Below, piece after piece: positions 23,736-32,003 of a DNA stretch of 33,567 nucleotides. The notes below the pieces were generated by a model. The model saw only the letters and a program-made list of their open reading frames with translations, made no database searches and was not told the origin of the DNA. Source of the stretch: a virus; the IMG/VR virus record IMGVR_UViG_3300029452_000005. One strand, given 5' to 3'. Both the position numbers and the translations under genes were made by a program. The stretch's first letter is position 1. Every line of letters starts with the position of its first letter.

Positions 23736-25295
23736 TTATTCCTCTACTTTCTTATTATCTTCGGTTGCTTCCTCTACTGGTTCATCTTTCTTGCTGGATT
23801 TTTTAGTTGTTTTTTTAGCTGGCTTTTCTTCCGCTGGCGCTTCTTCCGCTGCATCTGCAATAGCTTTCAATTCATCTTCGTTGATACCTTCGGCCATAAT
23901 ACCGTTAGCATAGAATAAATTATCGCCAGTACATTGCAATTCGTATACGTGTTCAGTATTGCCAGTTGCTTCGCTTAATGTAACCGGTTCATAAGCATTA
24001 ACCGTCATAATAACTTCGCCAACTACCAATTCACTAACTAATTTTAAGCCTTCCGGAGTTAATACCTTTTCTGTGCCTGTGGTTGTTACGCCAAAAGATA
24101 CAGTTTCAAGGCGATGTGTTTCTTTTTCGCCCATATCATGCAATGCAATTACATCATTAACCGCACCCAACGTGATAACAGTATCACCATTTACAAACGT
24201 TTCAATAACCTTGCCACCTTCTGGTGTTGCAATTTCAGTACCCGCTACAAAACAAAAACCTTTCATAAGTCCTCCAAAGAAACCGCCAGAACCTTGCTTA
24301 ACCATTGTTTGTGCTGGTTGTGCTAGTCCATAGCGTAATGACATAAATCTGTTAAGTAATTCTTCTTGATCCGCGTTATTTAACTGGCTCATAGAGTAGT
24401 AATCTTTGGCCGGTTGAATAGCTGCGCTTTGTGTTGTTGCGCCTGTATTAATAGGGTTTTGCGCTAACCCTTCGCGTTGACCTACCAAACCCGCTGCGGT
24501 GCCGGCGTTATTCATCTGATTTGCATAACCTTGGTTCATTAGATTTGCTTGATTGATGATGCCGTTTTGGTTGTTATTGTAGGTATTACCCCATAACCCC
24601 ATTTTTGCACCGATACCGCTTAAATTATTATTAAGCGCTTGCGTATTAAGTGCAGCCGCTTGGCCTAAATCATTTGAATATTGTGCCGCAAGTGTATTAG
24701 ATGCGTTCTTGCTAATATCATTTAATGCATTATCTGTAATAGATGAATTCACAATGCCGCGACTTGCTAGGCCAGAAACTGCATTGCCTACAGTTGCCTG
24801 TAAATCATTGTTTAACGCTTGCCGTCTAGCATCTGCATAGCCTGTTGGTAGTTGGCCGTTTGTGATGCTATTCATTGCGTTTTGATTATTAAGCAATGCG
24901 CCGTTATATTCGTTAGCCAGTTGGCTTGCGCCGTTGTTCATAGTATCAACGCTTGCCGCTAACTGATTTGCATACCGCGTGTTATCAGTTAAATTCTTGG
25001 CGCCGGCCGTAGAAACTTGATTTTGTAACGCGCCGATTGCATTTTGATTGCCGCGGTTAGCGCCTAAATACGAATTATACATATTACCGTATTCTGGCGT
25101 TATCACATTATTCAAGGCCGCATCGCCCATACCTTGCAAGGTGTTGGCGCTTCGATTGGTGTTATTAATCCAATCCATTTGGCCTTGTAATAGTTGCTTT
25201 TCGTCGGCCGTTGCCGTAGGCAATTTCGCATCAATGCTGCTTACCTTCGACTTTTTACCGCCGCCGCCAAATAATTGCAAGTCAAATTTAAACAT
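23736..25295 (-). CDS. 519-aa N/Q-rich protein with a C-terminal Hint (intein-like) domain and a charged tail; putative ejection protein
   Basis: The N-terminus is MFKFDLQLFGGGG. Residues of about 40-330 are N/Q/A/G-rich. Residues 348-469 read CFVAGTEIATPEG...TGTEKVLTPEGLKLVSELVVGEVI...VYELQCTGDNLFYANGIMAEG, a Hint-fold pattern. The last 50 aa are K/E-rich. Confidence 0.7.
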   Translation of the reverse strand: MFKFDLQLFGGGGKKSKVSSIDAKLPTATADEKQLLQGQMDWINNTNRSANTLQGMGDAALNNVITPEYGNMYNSYLGANRGNQNAIGALQNQVSTAGAKNLTDNTRYANQLAASVDTMNNGASQLANEYNGALLNNQNAMNSITNGQLPTGYADARRQALNNDLQATVGNAVSGLASRGIVNSSITDNALNDISKNASNTLAAQYSNDLGQAAALNTQALNNNLSGIGAKMGLWGNTYNNNQNGIINQANLMNQGYANQMNNAGTAAGLVGQREGLAQNPINTGATTQSAAIQPAKDYYSMSQLNNADQEELLNRFMSLRYGLAQPAQTMVKQGSGGFFGGLMKGFCFVAGTEIATPEGGKVIETFVNGDTVITLGAVNDVIALHDMGEKETHRLETVSFGVTTTGTEKVLTPEGLKLVSELVVGEVIMTVNAYEPVTLSEATGNTEHVYELQCTGDNLFYANGIMAEGINEDELKAIADAAEEAPAEEKPAKKTTKKSSKKDEPVEEATEDNKKVEE

Positions 25296-25306
25296 GCTTT
25301 TCCTTT

Positions 25307-25723
25307 CTACAAAGTTGCTTCAAGGTGTTTTCGCACCGTCTTTAGCACTTTGTAATTAAACCCATTATAGGTATAGTCCATAATTGGAACGCGTTCCATG
25401 TTCCACTTTTTAATGAAACCGCGCACGCTTCGATGTGTTGCCGTTACAATTACATCAAGATCATTCATCTTCATTACTTCCACGATGTACTTCCCTATTA
25501 CTTTCATATCACCGTATGTCTGCCAGATAGTAAAATACCGTTGGCCGTCATGTTCGTTGATAGTCCAGAACAAGAACCCAGCATTAGGAAACCATTTGAA
25601 ATAGTAATTGTATTTGTCTTTGTAGTTATTATTTTCATCGAAATAAAACCCCTCAAGACTAACACGTTCACCCGTGCGCCGTTCATAGTCTTTTATCATG
25701 CTTTCAAGGCTTTCAAGTTGCAT
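25307..25723 (-). CDS. Hypothetical protein (138 aa) inside the tail module
   Basis: The ORF is tightly packed. The sequence has a globular-enzyme look with a weak GNAT-like tail (HRSVRGFIKKWNMERV). No firm assignment is possible. Confidence 0.55.
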   Translation of the reverse strand: MQLESLESMIKDYERRTGERVSLEGFYFDENNNYKDKYNYYFKWFPNAGFLFWTINEHDGQRYFTIWQTYGDMKVIGKYIVEVMKMNDLDVIVTATHRSVRGFIKKWNMERVPIMDYTYNGFNYKVLKTVRKHLEATL

Positions 25724-25725
25724 TC

Positions 25726-26211
25726 TTAATCCCCTATCCGTTCAATCGTTACTTTATTCCAGTTATAACCAGATACGACGTAATCATTGAATACACCGCT
25801 TATGGAACATTCTAAACGCTTGTTATTCGTAGAACCCGGGAAACTGATTGATACGGTTCTATTCCCGCTATCATTAACATTGATATCCCAACTTCTGTTA
25901 TTTCTACCGTCAAGCGTTACGCGATACCGACCTTTAGGGAAAAATAAAGTTGTACCGTATCCGCTTGTATCACTTGCACGGCGTTCCCAATAATAGCGCG
26001 CAAATTCTATGGCATCATATTGGATATAACGTATCTGGCCGTTCACTTCGATTTTTAACGGTGTTACATCATTTCCATATCGTGCGTAGTAATCAACGCC
26101 GTTATATGGTACTGGTACTGCCTTACCATTTGTTACGGATTTATCTGTGTTAAGTCCGAAACGGTATGTTTGACCGTTTTTTTCTAATACGATATTAGGC
26201 ATATTATTCAA
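25726..26211 (-). CDS. Beta-rich hypothetical protein (161 aa), tail-fibre-associated candidate
   Basis: It overlaps the fibre gene stop by 8 nt. It is N/G/Y/R-rich and looks beta-rich. The role is assigned by position. Confidence 0.5.
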   Translation of the reverse strand: MNNMPNIVLEKNGQTYRFGLNTDKSVTNGKAVPVPYNGVDYYARYGNDVTPLKIEVNGQIRYIQYDAIEFARYYWERRASDTSGYGTTLFFPKGRYRVTLDGRNNRSWDINVNDSGNRTVSISFPGSTNNKRLECSISGVFNDYVVSGYNWNKVTIERIGD

Positions 26212-27454
26212 TCCTCAATTTAGCGCCATTCGGGAATGTCAACGTATTGTTATTTTCAAACGTGGCTATACGCTGCCATTCGTTCATGCCCTTGGTATTT
26301 GTATCAAAACGAATAAATGCCGCGTTACTGTTAGCAAAGTAAAGTTGAGTACCTAGTATGCGGTCTTGGCTTGTATACCACGGAAACATGGCGCCAATAC
26401 CCCAATAAGCAGTACCCCATATGTTGTAGTTATTTAATTCGCCAAACGTAAAGCCACTATAACCAGCCTTGTTGTTAGCAAGATAATCTAAATCAATCGA
26501 ATTACTGGAAAGGCCCGGAACCTTTAACGTACCCGTCATAGTATCGCCGGCCTTTTTAACGCACGTCGCAACGTTATCCGCCGTTGCGGCTGAACCGGCC
26601 CGCGTTGCCGTATCTGCACTAACCGCATGAGTTGCGTTGGCTACTGTATCAGTTTTGCGATAATATGTGCTACTCAATCCGTTTACCGTATCCGTGATAG
26701 TTTTTAATGTACGGCTTGGGTTATTTGTGAAACTAGCATCACCAGCTATCTTTTTAATAGCTTCCGCCATTTGATTAAGAATATCTGTTAATGCATACGC
26801 TTTACCGTCAACCGTACGTGTACCAATTACGGCATCTGTTGCGGTGTTTACGTTTGGATCATAATATTTGATTGACTTTACACGCGTTGCATCTGTAACG
26901 GCAATCGCTACCACTACGCGCAATATTTCTTTCCAATATGTGCCGGTGTACACATACATTTTTTCATTTGTAGTGTTGTAGTACATTTTATCCGTTGCCG
27001 CTGCTGGTGCATTTGGCTGGCGCATCGGTTCAAGCGTTGTACTGCCATAAGTTAGGCCGCCAGATGCTGAACGCTCAACGTATAAGTACGACGTATTATT
27101 GGCCGGTAAACTCCATGCGCTTTGCTTACGGTTAATCGTTTGGGTATAATCAACCGCGCCGTAATCGTTGAAACCGTCGGCGAATGATAACAATACAGGC
27201 GTTTGGCTGCCGTCAATCATTACGCTTAGGTTATCGCCTGTTAAGAATGAAAATTCACCATTGCTTACTTTACCACTCAACACTCTATTACGTAGGCCAC
27301 CAGTACCACCACCGCCACCAGTACCACCACCGCCGGCTTTGAGTTCTATTTGTTGCGCAACGTTCAATAATTCATCGCGGTTTTTCTTAATACTATCTTG
27401 TACAGTATCGCCCTGTGGCGTTATATCCAAAGGGTATTTTTCTTTATATGCCAT
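26204..27454 (-). CDS. Tail fibre protein
   Basis: It contains the widespread tail-fibre motif KKAGDTMTGTLKV, a Gly-rich hinge (GGGGTGGGGGTGG) after an N-terminal attachment segment, and a C-terminal beta-rich domain. Confidence 0.75.
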   Translation of the reverse strand: MAYKEKYPLDITPQGDTVQDSIKKNRDELLNVAQQIELKAGGGGTGGGGGTGGLRNRVLSGKVSNGEFSFLTGDNLSVMIDGSQTPVLLSFADGFNDYGAVDYTQTINRKQSAWSLPANNTSYLYVERSASGGLTYGSTTLEPMRQPNAPAAATDKMYYNTTNEKMYVYTGTYWKEILRVVVAIAVTDATRVKSIKYYDPNVNTATDAVIGTRTVDGKAYALTDILNQMAEAIKKIAGDASFTNNPSRTLKTITDTVNGLSSTYYRKTDTVANATHAVSADTATRAGSAATADNVATCVKKAGDTMTGTLKVPGLSSNSIDLDYLANNKAGYSGFTFGELNNYNIWGTAYWGIGAMFPWYTSQDRILGTQLYFANSNAAFIRFDTNTKGMNEWQRIATFENNNTLTFPNGAKLRIE

Positions 27455-27456
27455 GT

Positions 27457-28875
27457 TTAAACCTCTTCATACGTATAATCTAACTGGCGTAACGAAATAG
27501 CGCCCTTTTGAACATTGATTTTAAATTGTACATTACGATTTGCACCGCCGCCAATCTTATACGCCTTCGTGTACTCATTAATATTCATTAATGTTTTGGC
27601 TTCGTATAGCTTTTCATTCGCATAGTAGGTCTTTGTTGCCTTGCTTGAAAAATTAATTGGCTTAGGCTTCTTATTCGATATGCCAATAGTGCCATAACCG
27701 GGAATAAGATTATGCGTTACAAAATTATAGTTCATAATCAACACAAATTGACGTGTCGCCAATCTGTTGCCGCTGATAATTGATGTTTGGATTTGTTTCG
27801 TATCATCTGTATCTATTGTTTCGTCAAGAATACCAATCTTATTTCCGTACGCTATATATACTTCTTTATCCACATTCACCGCATCATTGATGTTATGCGT
27901 GAATTTTCTTGATGTGAAAACGCCCCTTCCGTCCTCATATCGTGGCAAGTAGTGATAGATAAATACCGTATCGCCGTTATATGGTTTAATCCAGATTTGT
28001 TTTCTACTGGATATGTGCCATACCTCGCAATCTTTCGTTATGTACTTCAACAAATAAGAGTTGATATTTAGGCCAGTTTCAAATGGTTGTATTTCTGCAT
28101 AGGTGTTAGTAGGCATGAAAGACATGAACCCTTGATTGCCTAAATAGTAACTACGATCATCAACGCTCACCGTTGCACCGCTACAATAACCGGTAGAGGA
28201 TAAAGGATATACGGTTAAATTCTGCGCATCTGGCGTTCCAATTACTTGATACACGCGCCCGTATTCTTTGTATACGATAATTGCACGTGATAAGAAATCA
28301 ATCGCAATGATGCTGCCTTGGTCTTTATAGCCAACGTCTACATATTGCGCGCTTGATGCATCATTTGAGTTGTGAGTCCATGCGTTGTAGTCGCCAACTG
28401 CCGACCAATTCAACCTATGCGAATGAGTTGATGCAATCAGTACACGGCCGGAATGACTTGATACTATATCACATACAGGACTTTCAATAGTGGATAACTT
28501 ACCAGCACCCGAAATGGCTTGCAATTTATCACCGCTGGCGATGAGAATATCACCACCAAACGCATGATATCTTGGGCGTTCGGTACCATTTAATGTGCCT
28601 AATAGTGTATTACCGCTAAAATCTGTTTCATACAAATTTCGGCCACTAGAAAAGTACCACTTATTACGGTACACATCATGGTATAGCGTTTCTATTGGTA
28701 GTCCAAAATCATACAATATACGAATACCCGGAACGGTACGGAGTGCGTTGTCTGTTCTATCGAATTCGCATTGTTGCGCCTGTGTTAGTGCTTGCACGTC
28801 GATATTTTCCGGCGGGTTGCTCCAATCAAGGCCCAGCCGGAACCCGTTTGTAGTTGCCACCTGTTTAACGCCCAT
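27457..28875 (-). CDS. Tail hub / tail tube protein (P22 gp10-like, tentative)
   Basis: It is 472 aa and follows the two adaptor-sized genes in P22 order. It has a repetitive beta-propeller-like sequence (for example RAIIVYKEYGRVYQVIGTPDAQNLTVYPLSSTGYC). The similarity to gp10 is judged from memory, not computed. Confidence 0.4.
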   Translation of the reverse strand: MGVKQVATTNGFRLGLDWSNPPENIDVQALTQAQQCEFDRTDNALRTVPGIRILYDFGLPIETLYHDVYRNKWYFSSGRNLYETDFSGNTLLGTLNGTERPRYHAFGGDILIASGDKLQAISGAGKLSTIESPVCDIVSSHSGRVLIASTHSHRLNWSAVGDYNAWTHNSNDASSAQYVDVGYKDQGSIIAIDFLSRAIIVYKEYGRVYQVIGTPDAQNLTVYPLSSTGYCSGATVSVDDRSYYLGNQGFMSFMPTNTYAEIQPFETGLNINSYLLKYITKDCEVWHISSRKQIWIKPYNGDTVFIYHYLPRYEDGRGVFTSRKFTHNINDAVNVDKEVYIAYGNKIGILDETIDTDDTKQIQTSIISGNRLATRQFVLIMNYNFVTHNLIPGYGTIGISNKKPKPINFSSKATKTYYANEKLYEAKTLMNINEYTKAYKIGGGANRNVQFKINVQKGAISLRQLDYTYEEV

Positions 28876-29348
28876 TATGCTATACCTCTTGCCGCCTTAA
28901 TCTGTTCCGTTATGTAGTCAATGAATTGTTTATCATATGCAGCATAATCCGTCATAAGCGACTTCTTTTTAACCATGAAAGATATAAGCTGCACTAAATA
29001 CTGATGAAAGAATTCAGAAAACGGAATAGGGTCGTCTAAATCATCAACGTGATTTTTACGAACACTATAAAATACTTCTTTAACCGTTTCCCCGTCATAG
29101 GTTTCAAAGGTTCCATTAATGATGCGAATAGGATAACCACTCTTAGGAACAAACCCCATAAAATCGGACGGTACGCCTTTTAGGTTAGGTATATCTGTAT
29201 TCTTAACTACTTCACGGTCTTTAATACTAACAAGGATAGTAGTTAGCCAATCAATAGCGGCGTTAATGTACTGGATATATTCCAATTGTTCGTCAAGTAT
29301 TTCGTTTGACTCTACATTAACAAGAGTAATCAATTCGCTTACAACCAT
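28875..29348 (-). CDS. Head-tail adaptor / head-completion candidate (157 aa from the ATG at 29348)
   Basis: Its size and position between the capsid gene and the tail hub resemble P22 gp4. The track start at 29369 is a TTG. Confidence 0.4.
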   Translation of the reverse strand: MVVSELITLVNVESNEILDEQLEYIQYINAAIDWLTTILVSIKDREVVKNTDIPNLKGVPSDFMGFVPKSGYPIRIINGTFETYDGETVKEVFYSVRKNHVDDLDDPIPFSEFFHQYLVQLISFMVKKKSLMTDYAAYDKQFIDYITEQIKAARGIA

Positions 29349-29874
29349 AACTCCAATACCCTTCCGCAATTACGCTTTCATTATTCCCCAAACCTTCATT
29401 AATGGATTGCAACGCATTAACCATATTCGCCGTTACGCCGGAAATATCAAGGTTCATAACCCTATATACGATGTAATCAACTAATAACGTCTCTAATTCT
29501 GCCGGTAGTCCGCTTTCATCATCTAGCTTCTTATATCCGGCAGTCATTATATAATCAACGGTTATTTTCTGCTCATGATCTGCATCAAATACTATCGTTT
29601 GTAAATTTAATACATGATAGGCCTGTACGTCCACATCATCTGCTTTGACATTTAACACGCTTATACATTGACCGGGCAGCGTAATCCGTCCGGTGCCGTT
29701 ATCTTCGTGCGTTGCCTGTGCCAAACTAGGGCAGTACTGACCGATAAGGGCATTTAATAGGTGATTGCCTTCGTTGTAATACTCCAATAATTGATATGGT
29801 GTATACGTTTCTTGCGATGTATCACCTATTTGCATGAACGCCCTATTTACTATTTGCTTTACGTTCATATTCAC
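29317..29874 (-). CDS. Head-tail connector / head-completion candidate (185 aa)
   Basis: It is the first gene after the major capsid terminator. The N-terminus VKQIVNRAFMQIGD...YTPYQLLEYYNEG resembles gp6-like connector proteins. The role is assigned by position. Confidence 0.4.
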   Translation of the reverse strand: MNMNVKQIVNRAFMQIGDTSQETYTPYQLLEYYNEGNHLLNALIGQYCPSLAQATHEDNGTGRITLPGQCISVLNVKADDVDVQAYHVLNLQTIVFDADHEQKITVDYIMTAGYKKLDDESGLPAELETLLVDYIVYRVMNLDISGVTANMVNALQSINEGLGNNESVIAEGYWSYGCKRIDYSC

Positions 29875-29890
29875 CCCATATAAGAATAAA

Positions 29891-29908
29891 GGCGGGTATT
29901 ACCCCGCC
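29891..29908 (-). terminator. Hairpin terminator candidate just after the major capsid gene
   Basis: GGCGGG (29891-29896) pairs with CCCGCC (29903-29908) around a 6-nt loop. On the minus strand it is followed by TTTATTCTTATAT. It starts 14 nt after the capsid stop. Confidence 0.55.
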
Positions 29909-29921
29909 CATAATTCAAAAA

Positions 29922-30905
29922 TTAGCTTTCTACAACGCCACCAGTTAATACTTGAATAGAGCCGTAGTCTTTATTATTGAATTTTGTTTTTTTAACTTCA
30001 CCATAGAACGCAATGCCGTTACCAGCAATGTTGCCGTAGTCGTCTGTTTGTTCAATGTGTTTAGCTGGTCTTGCTACTGCAAAACATGCCGCTTGTTTAC
30101 CCAATAATAAGTTATGGCATACATTCGCACTAGATGCGCCTGTATTATCGCATAATACGCGTTCATATTCATAAAGAATAACGCCGTCGTATTCGCCTAA
30201 TGCGCCTGTAAAGATAGGGTTTTTAGAACCGCGTACATTTGCGTTTTGTTGTGCTGCCAACCATTTTGGATCATCTTTCAAATCACGTGCCGCCCATGGG
30301 TGAACAAGCATGATGTATTTATCCATGCCGTCAACTTTAATCGGTTGTACTTTTGGCGCATGCATCATCGCTTTGCGTTTAGCACGGGAAATAATAGTTG
30401 TTGTTAATTTATCATTTGCCGTAATGCTGGCATATGTACCGGCGGCGCTTGCAGCTACCGCTTCTTTAGAAGAGGAAGGAGTTGAACATAATTCACTCAT
30501 CAATTTATTATCCAACCAATCGGCAAGCCATTGTTTCAATGCGCCTTTAATTTCTTTCAACATATCATATTGTGTTTTTTGGTCGTCCGCTTCATAACGA
30601 GATACCGCATTACGGATTAATTTAGTTTGTACCGTAAAGTCGTAAATGTTCAAAGTATCTTCGGCGCCAGCTAATTTTTGGTTACCTTCAACGCCCGGCC
30701 CGTTTAAATTCATCATCAAGCCGAATACTACGCTATCGCCTTTAACGTTTGTTAAGTCTTTGTTTTGGTGTACAACGTTAGAACCGTCCATTGCGGTAAA
30801 TTTATCAAAATAGCTGTCTTTTACGCCTTCATGCCATACTTTATTGGCCCATACTTTAGGCACTAAATTCGCTGGAATATTTACTTGGTTTCTTTGATCT
30901 GCCAT
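29922..30905 (-). CDS. Major capsid protein (N4-gp56-type, HK97 fold)
   Basis: The N-terminus MADQRNQVNIPANLVPKVWANKVWHEGVKDSYFDKFT, the 327-aa length and the position after the scaffold gene all fit. A strong SD precedes it and a terminator follows it. Confidence 0.85.
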   Translation of the reverse strand: MADQRNQVNIPANLVPKVWANKVWHEGVKDSYFDKFTAMDGSNVVHQNKDLTNVKGDSVVFGLMMNLNGPGVEGNQKLAGAEDTLNIYDFTVQTKLIRNAVSRYEADDQKTQYDMLKEIKGALKQWLADWLDNKLMSELCSTPSSSKEAVAASAAGTYASITANDKLTTTIISRAKRKAMMHAPKVQPIKVDGMDKYIMLVHPWAARDLKDDPKWLAAQQNANVRGSKNPIFTGALGEYDGVILYEYERVLCDNTGASSANVCHNLLLGKQAACFAVARPAKHIEQTDDYGNIAGNGIAFYGEVKKTKFNNKDYGSIQVLTGGVVES

Positions 30906-30915
30906 GTTTTACCTC

Positions 30916-31830
30916 TTATAATTCGTCAAAATATTTGCGTACATCGTCCGGCAATGCATCAAGGTTGCCCGTTTGGTACGCTTTCAAAATATCTTCTTCC
31001 GTTACCTTGTTAGGTGTAGGAACGCCACCATTTAACGCGCCAGCTTTTGGCAACGTCGCCGCAACTTGTAAAGGGTTGTTCGGTACTTCGGTACTTGTCG
31101 CCCGTTCATTTTGCAATTCTGTAACAAACTTTCTGATAGTTTCAAAATCGGCTTCCGTACCTTCGCCGATATCAACACGATAAAAAGCATCGTTAATCGG
31201 TTGTGCATCGCGCATCGTCATTCCGTTTAGCTTTTCTAAACCACGTTGATATAATTCCCCAAAGTTCGGCAATGATTTAATTTCATTTACGAAATTTAAG
31301 TTAGTTTGTCTTTGTTGATGTACCGCCATTTGCTGATTTGTAATTGTGTATTCTGCGTTGGCTTCAAAACGAATGAAATCGTTATACTTCTGTACATCTT
31401 CAAACATAAGACTTTCTAAATCTTCCGCCGTTAAATTAAAGCGTTTCAATGCTTCACGGCGTACAAAGTCGCGGATATCAGATACTTCACTATCTGGCAA
31501 TGTAATCGGTCTTTGTTGCGCTTCGAATTGTCTTGCGCGTTCCTCGGCCGCTTTACGTCTTGCGCGTTCCTGTGCAAGTGCCGCTTTTAGATTGTTATCG
31601 TTTGTATGGTTTTCTTCGTGTTCCGGTTCTTCTTCATTAGTGTTAGGCGTCGCTGCATCTACTTCCGCATCATTCGCATCACTTTCCGCCGCATCATCTG
31701 TAGAGGGTTCATCTGTTGCCGCTTCTGGTGTATCCGTTTCTTCGGTATGTTCATCAACGTTCACGCCCGCGTTTTCTAAATCTTCCGGAGTGAAACCAGC
31801 ATCTTCGATATTAACTAAATCTTTTTCCAT
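30916..31830 (-). CDS. Scaffolding protein
   Basis: It lies between portal and capsid. It has an extremely acidic N-terminal third followed by helical charged segments (KAALAQERARRKAAEERARQFEAQQ). An AAGGAG SD precedes it. Confidence 0.7.
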   Translation of the reverse strand: MEKDLVNIEDAGFTPEDLENAGVNVDEHTEETDTPEAATDEPSTDDAAESDANDAEVDAATPNTNEEEPEHEENHTNDNNLKAALAQERARRKAAEERARQFEAQQRPITLPDSEVSDIRDFVRREALKRFNLTAEDLESLMFEDVQKYNDFIRFEANAEYTITNQQMAVHQQRQTNLNFVNEIKSLPNFGELYQRGLEKLNGMTMRDAQPINDAFYRVDIGEGTEADFETIRKFVTELQNERATSTEVPNNPLQVAATLPKAGALNGGVPTPNKVTEEDILKAYQTGNLDALPDDVRKYFDEL

Positions 31831-31844
31831 ATCTAATACTCCTT

Positions 31845-31962
31845 AGCCTTTTAACGTCATTGCCGGACGAATAAAGAAATATGGCAGTTTAACGCCGTTG
31901 CCGGGCGATAATGTATAAGCAAGCCTTTTAACGCCGTTACTTAGGGCGAAATGTATAAAAAC
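31845..31962. repeat. Three tandem imperfect direct repeats of about 38 bp in the portal-scaffold intergenic region
   Basis: The copies start at 31845, 31886 and 31922. Each has the block TTTAACG(C/T)C, a 6-8 nt spacer, and then GG(G/A)CGA(A/T)AA. Copies 2 and 3 also share ATGTATAA. Each unit can fold as CGCC...GGCG, while copy 1 has CGTC...GACG. Confidence 0.7.
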
Positions 31963-31981
31963 GCCCCATTACGGAGCGTTT
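31949..31981 (-). terminator. Intrinsic terminator immediately after the portal gene
   Basis: The minus-strand RNA reads AAACGCUCC-GUAAU-GGGGCGUUU-UUAUACAUUU, giving a 9-bp stem with one G-U pair, a 5-nt loop and a U-rich tail. The stem starts 22 nt after the stop at 32004. Confidence 0.7.
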
Positions 31982-32003
31982 ATTATTGTGTTGATAGTTT
32001 ATA

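Noticed and set aside
23889-24254. The Hint domain might be a true self-splicing intein, or might host a homing endonuclease.
   Set aside because: It lacks the terminal His-Asn, the +1 Cys/Ser/Thr nucleophile, the block-B His and any endonuclease insert. The flanking sequences also do not look like two halves of one conserved host protein. I retained it as a Hint/BIL-like domain instead.
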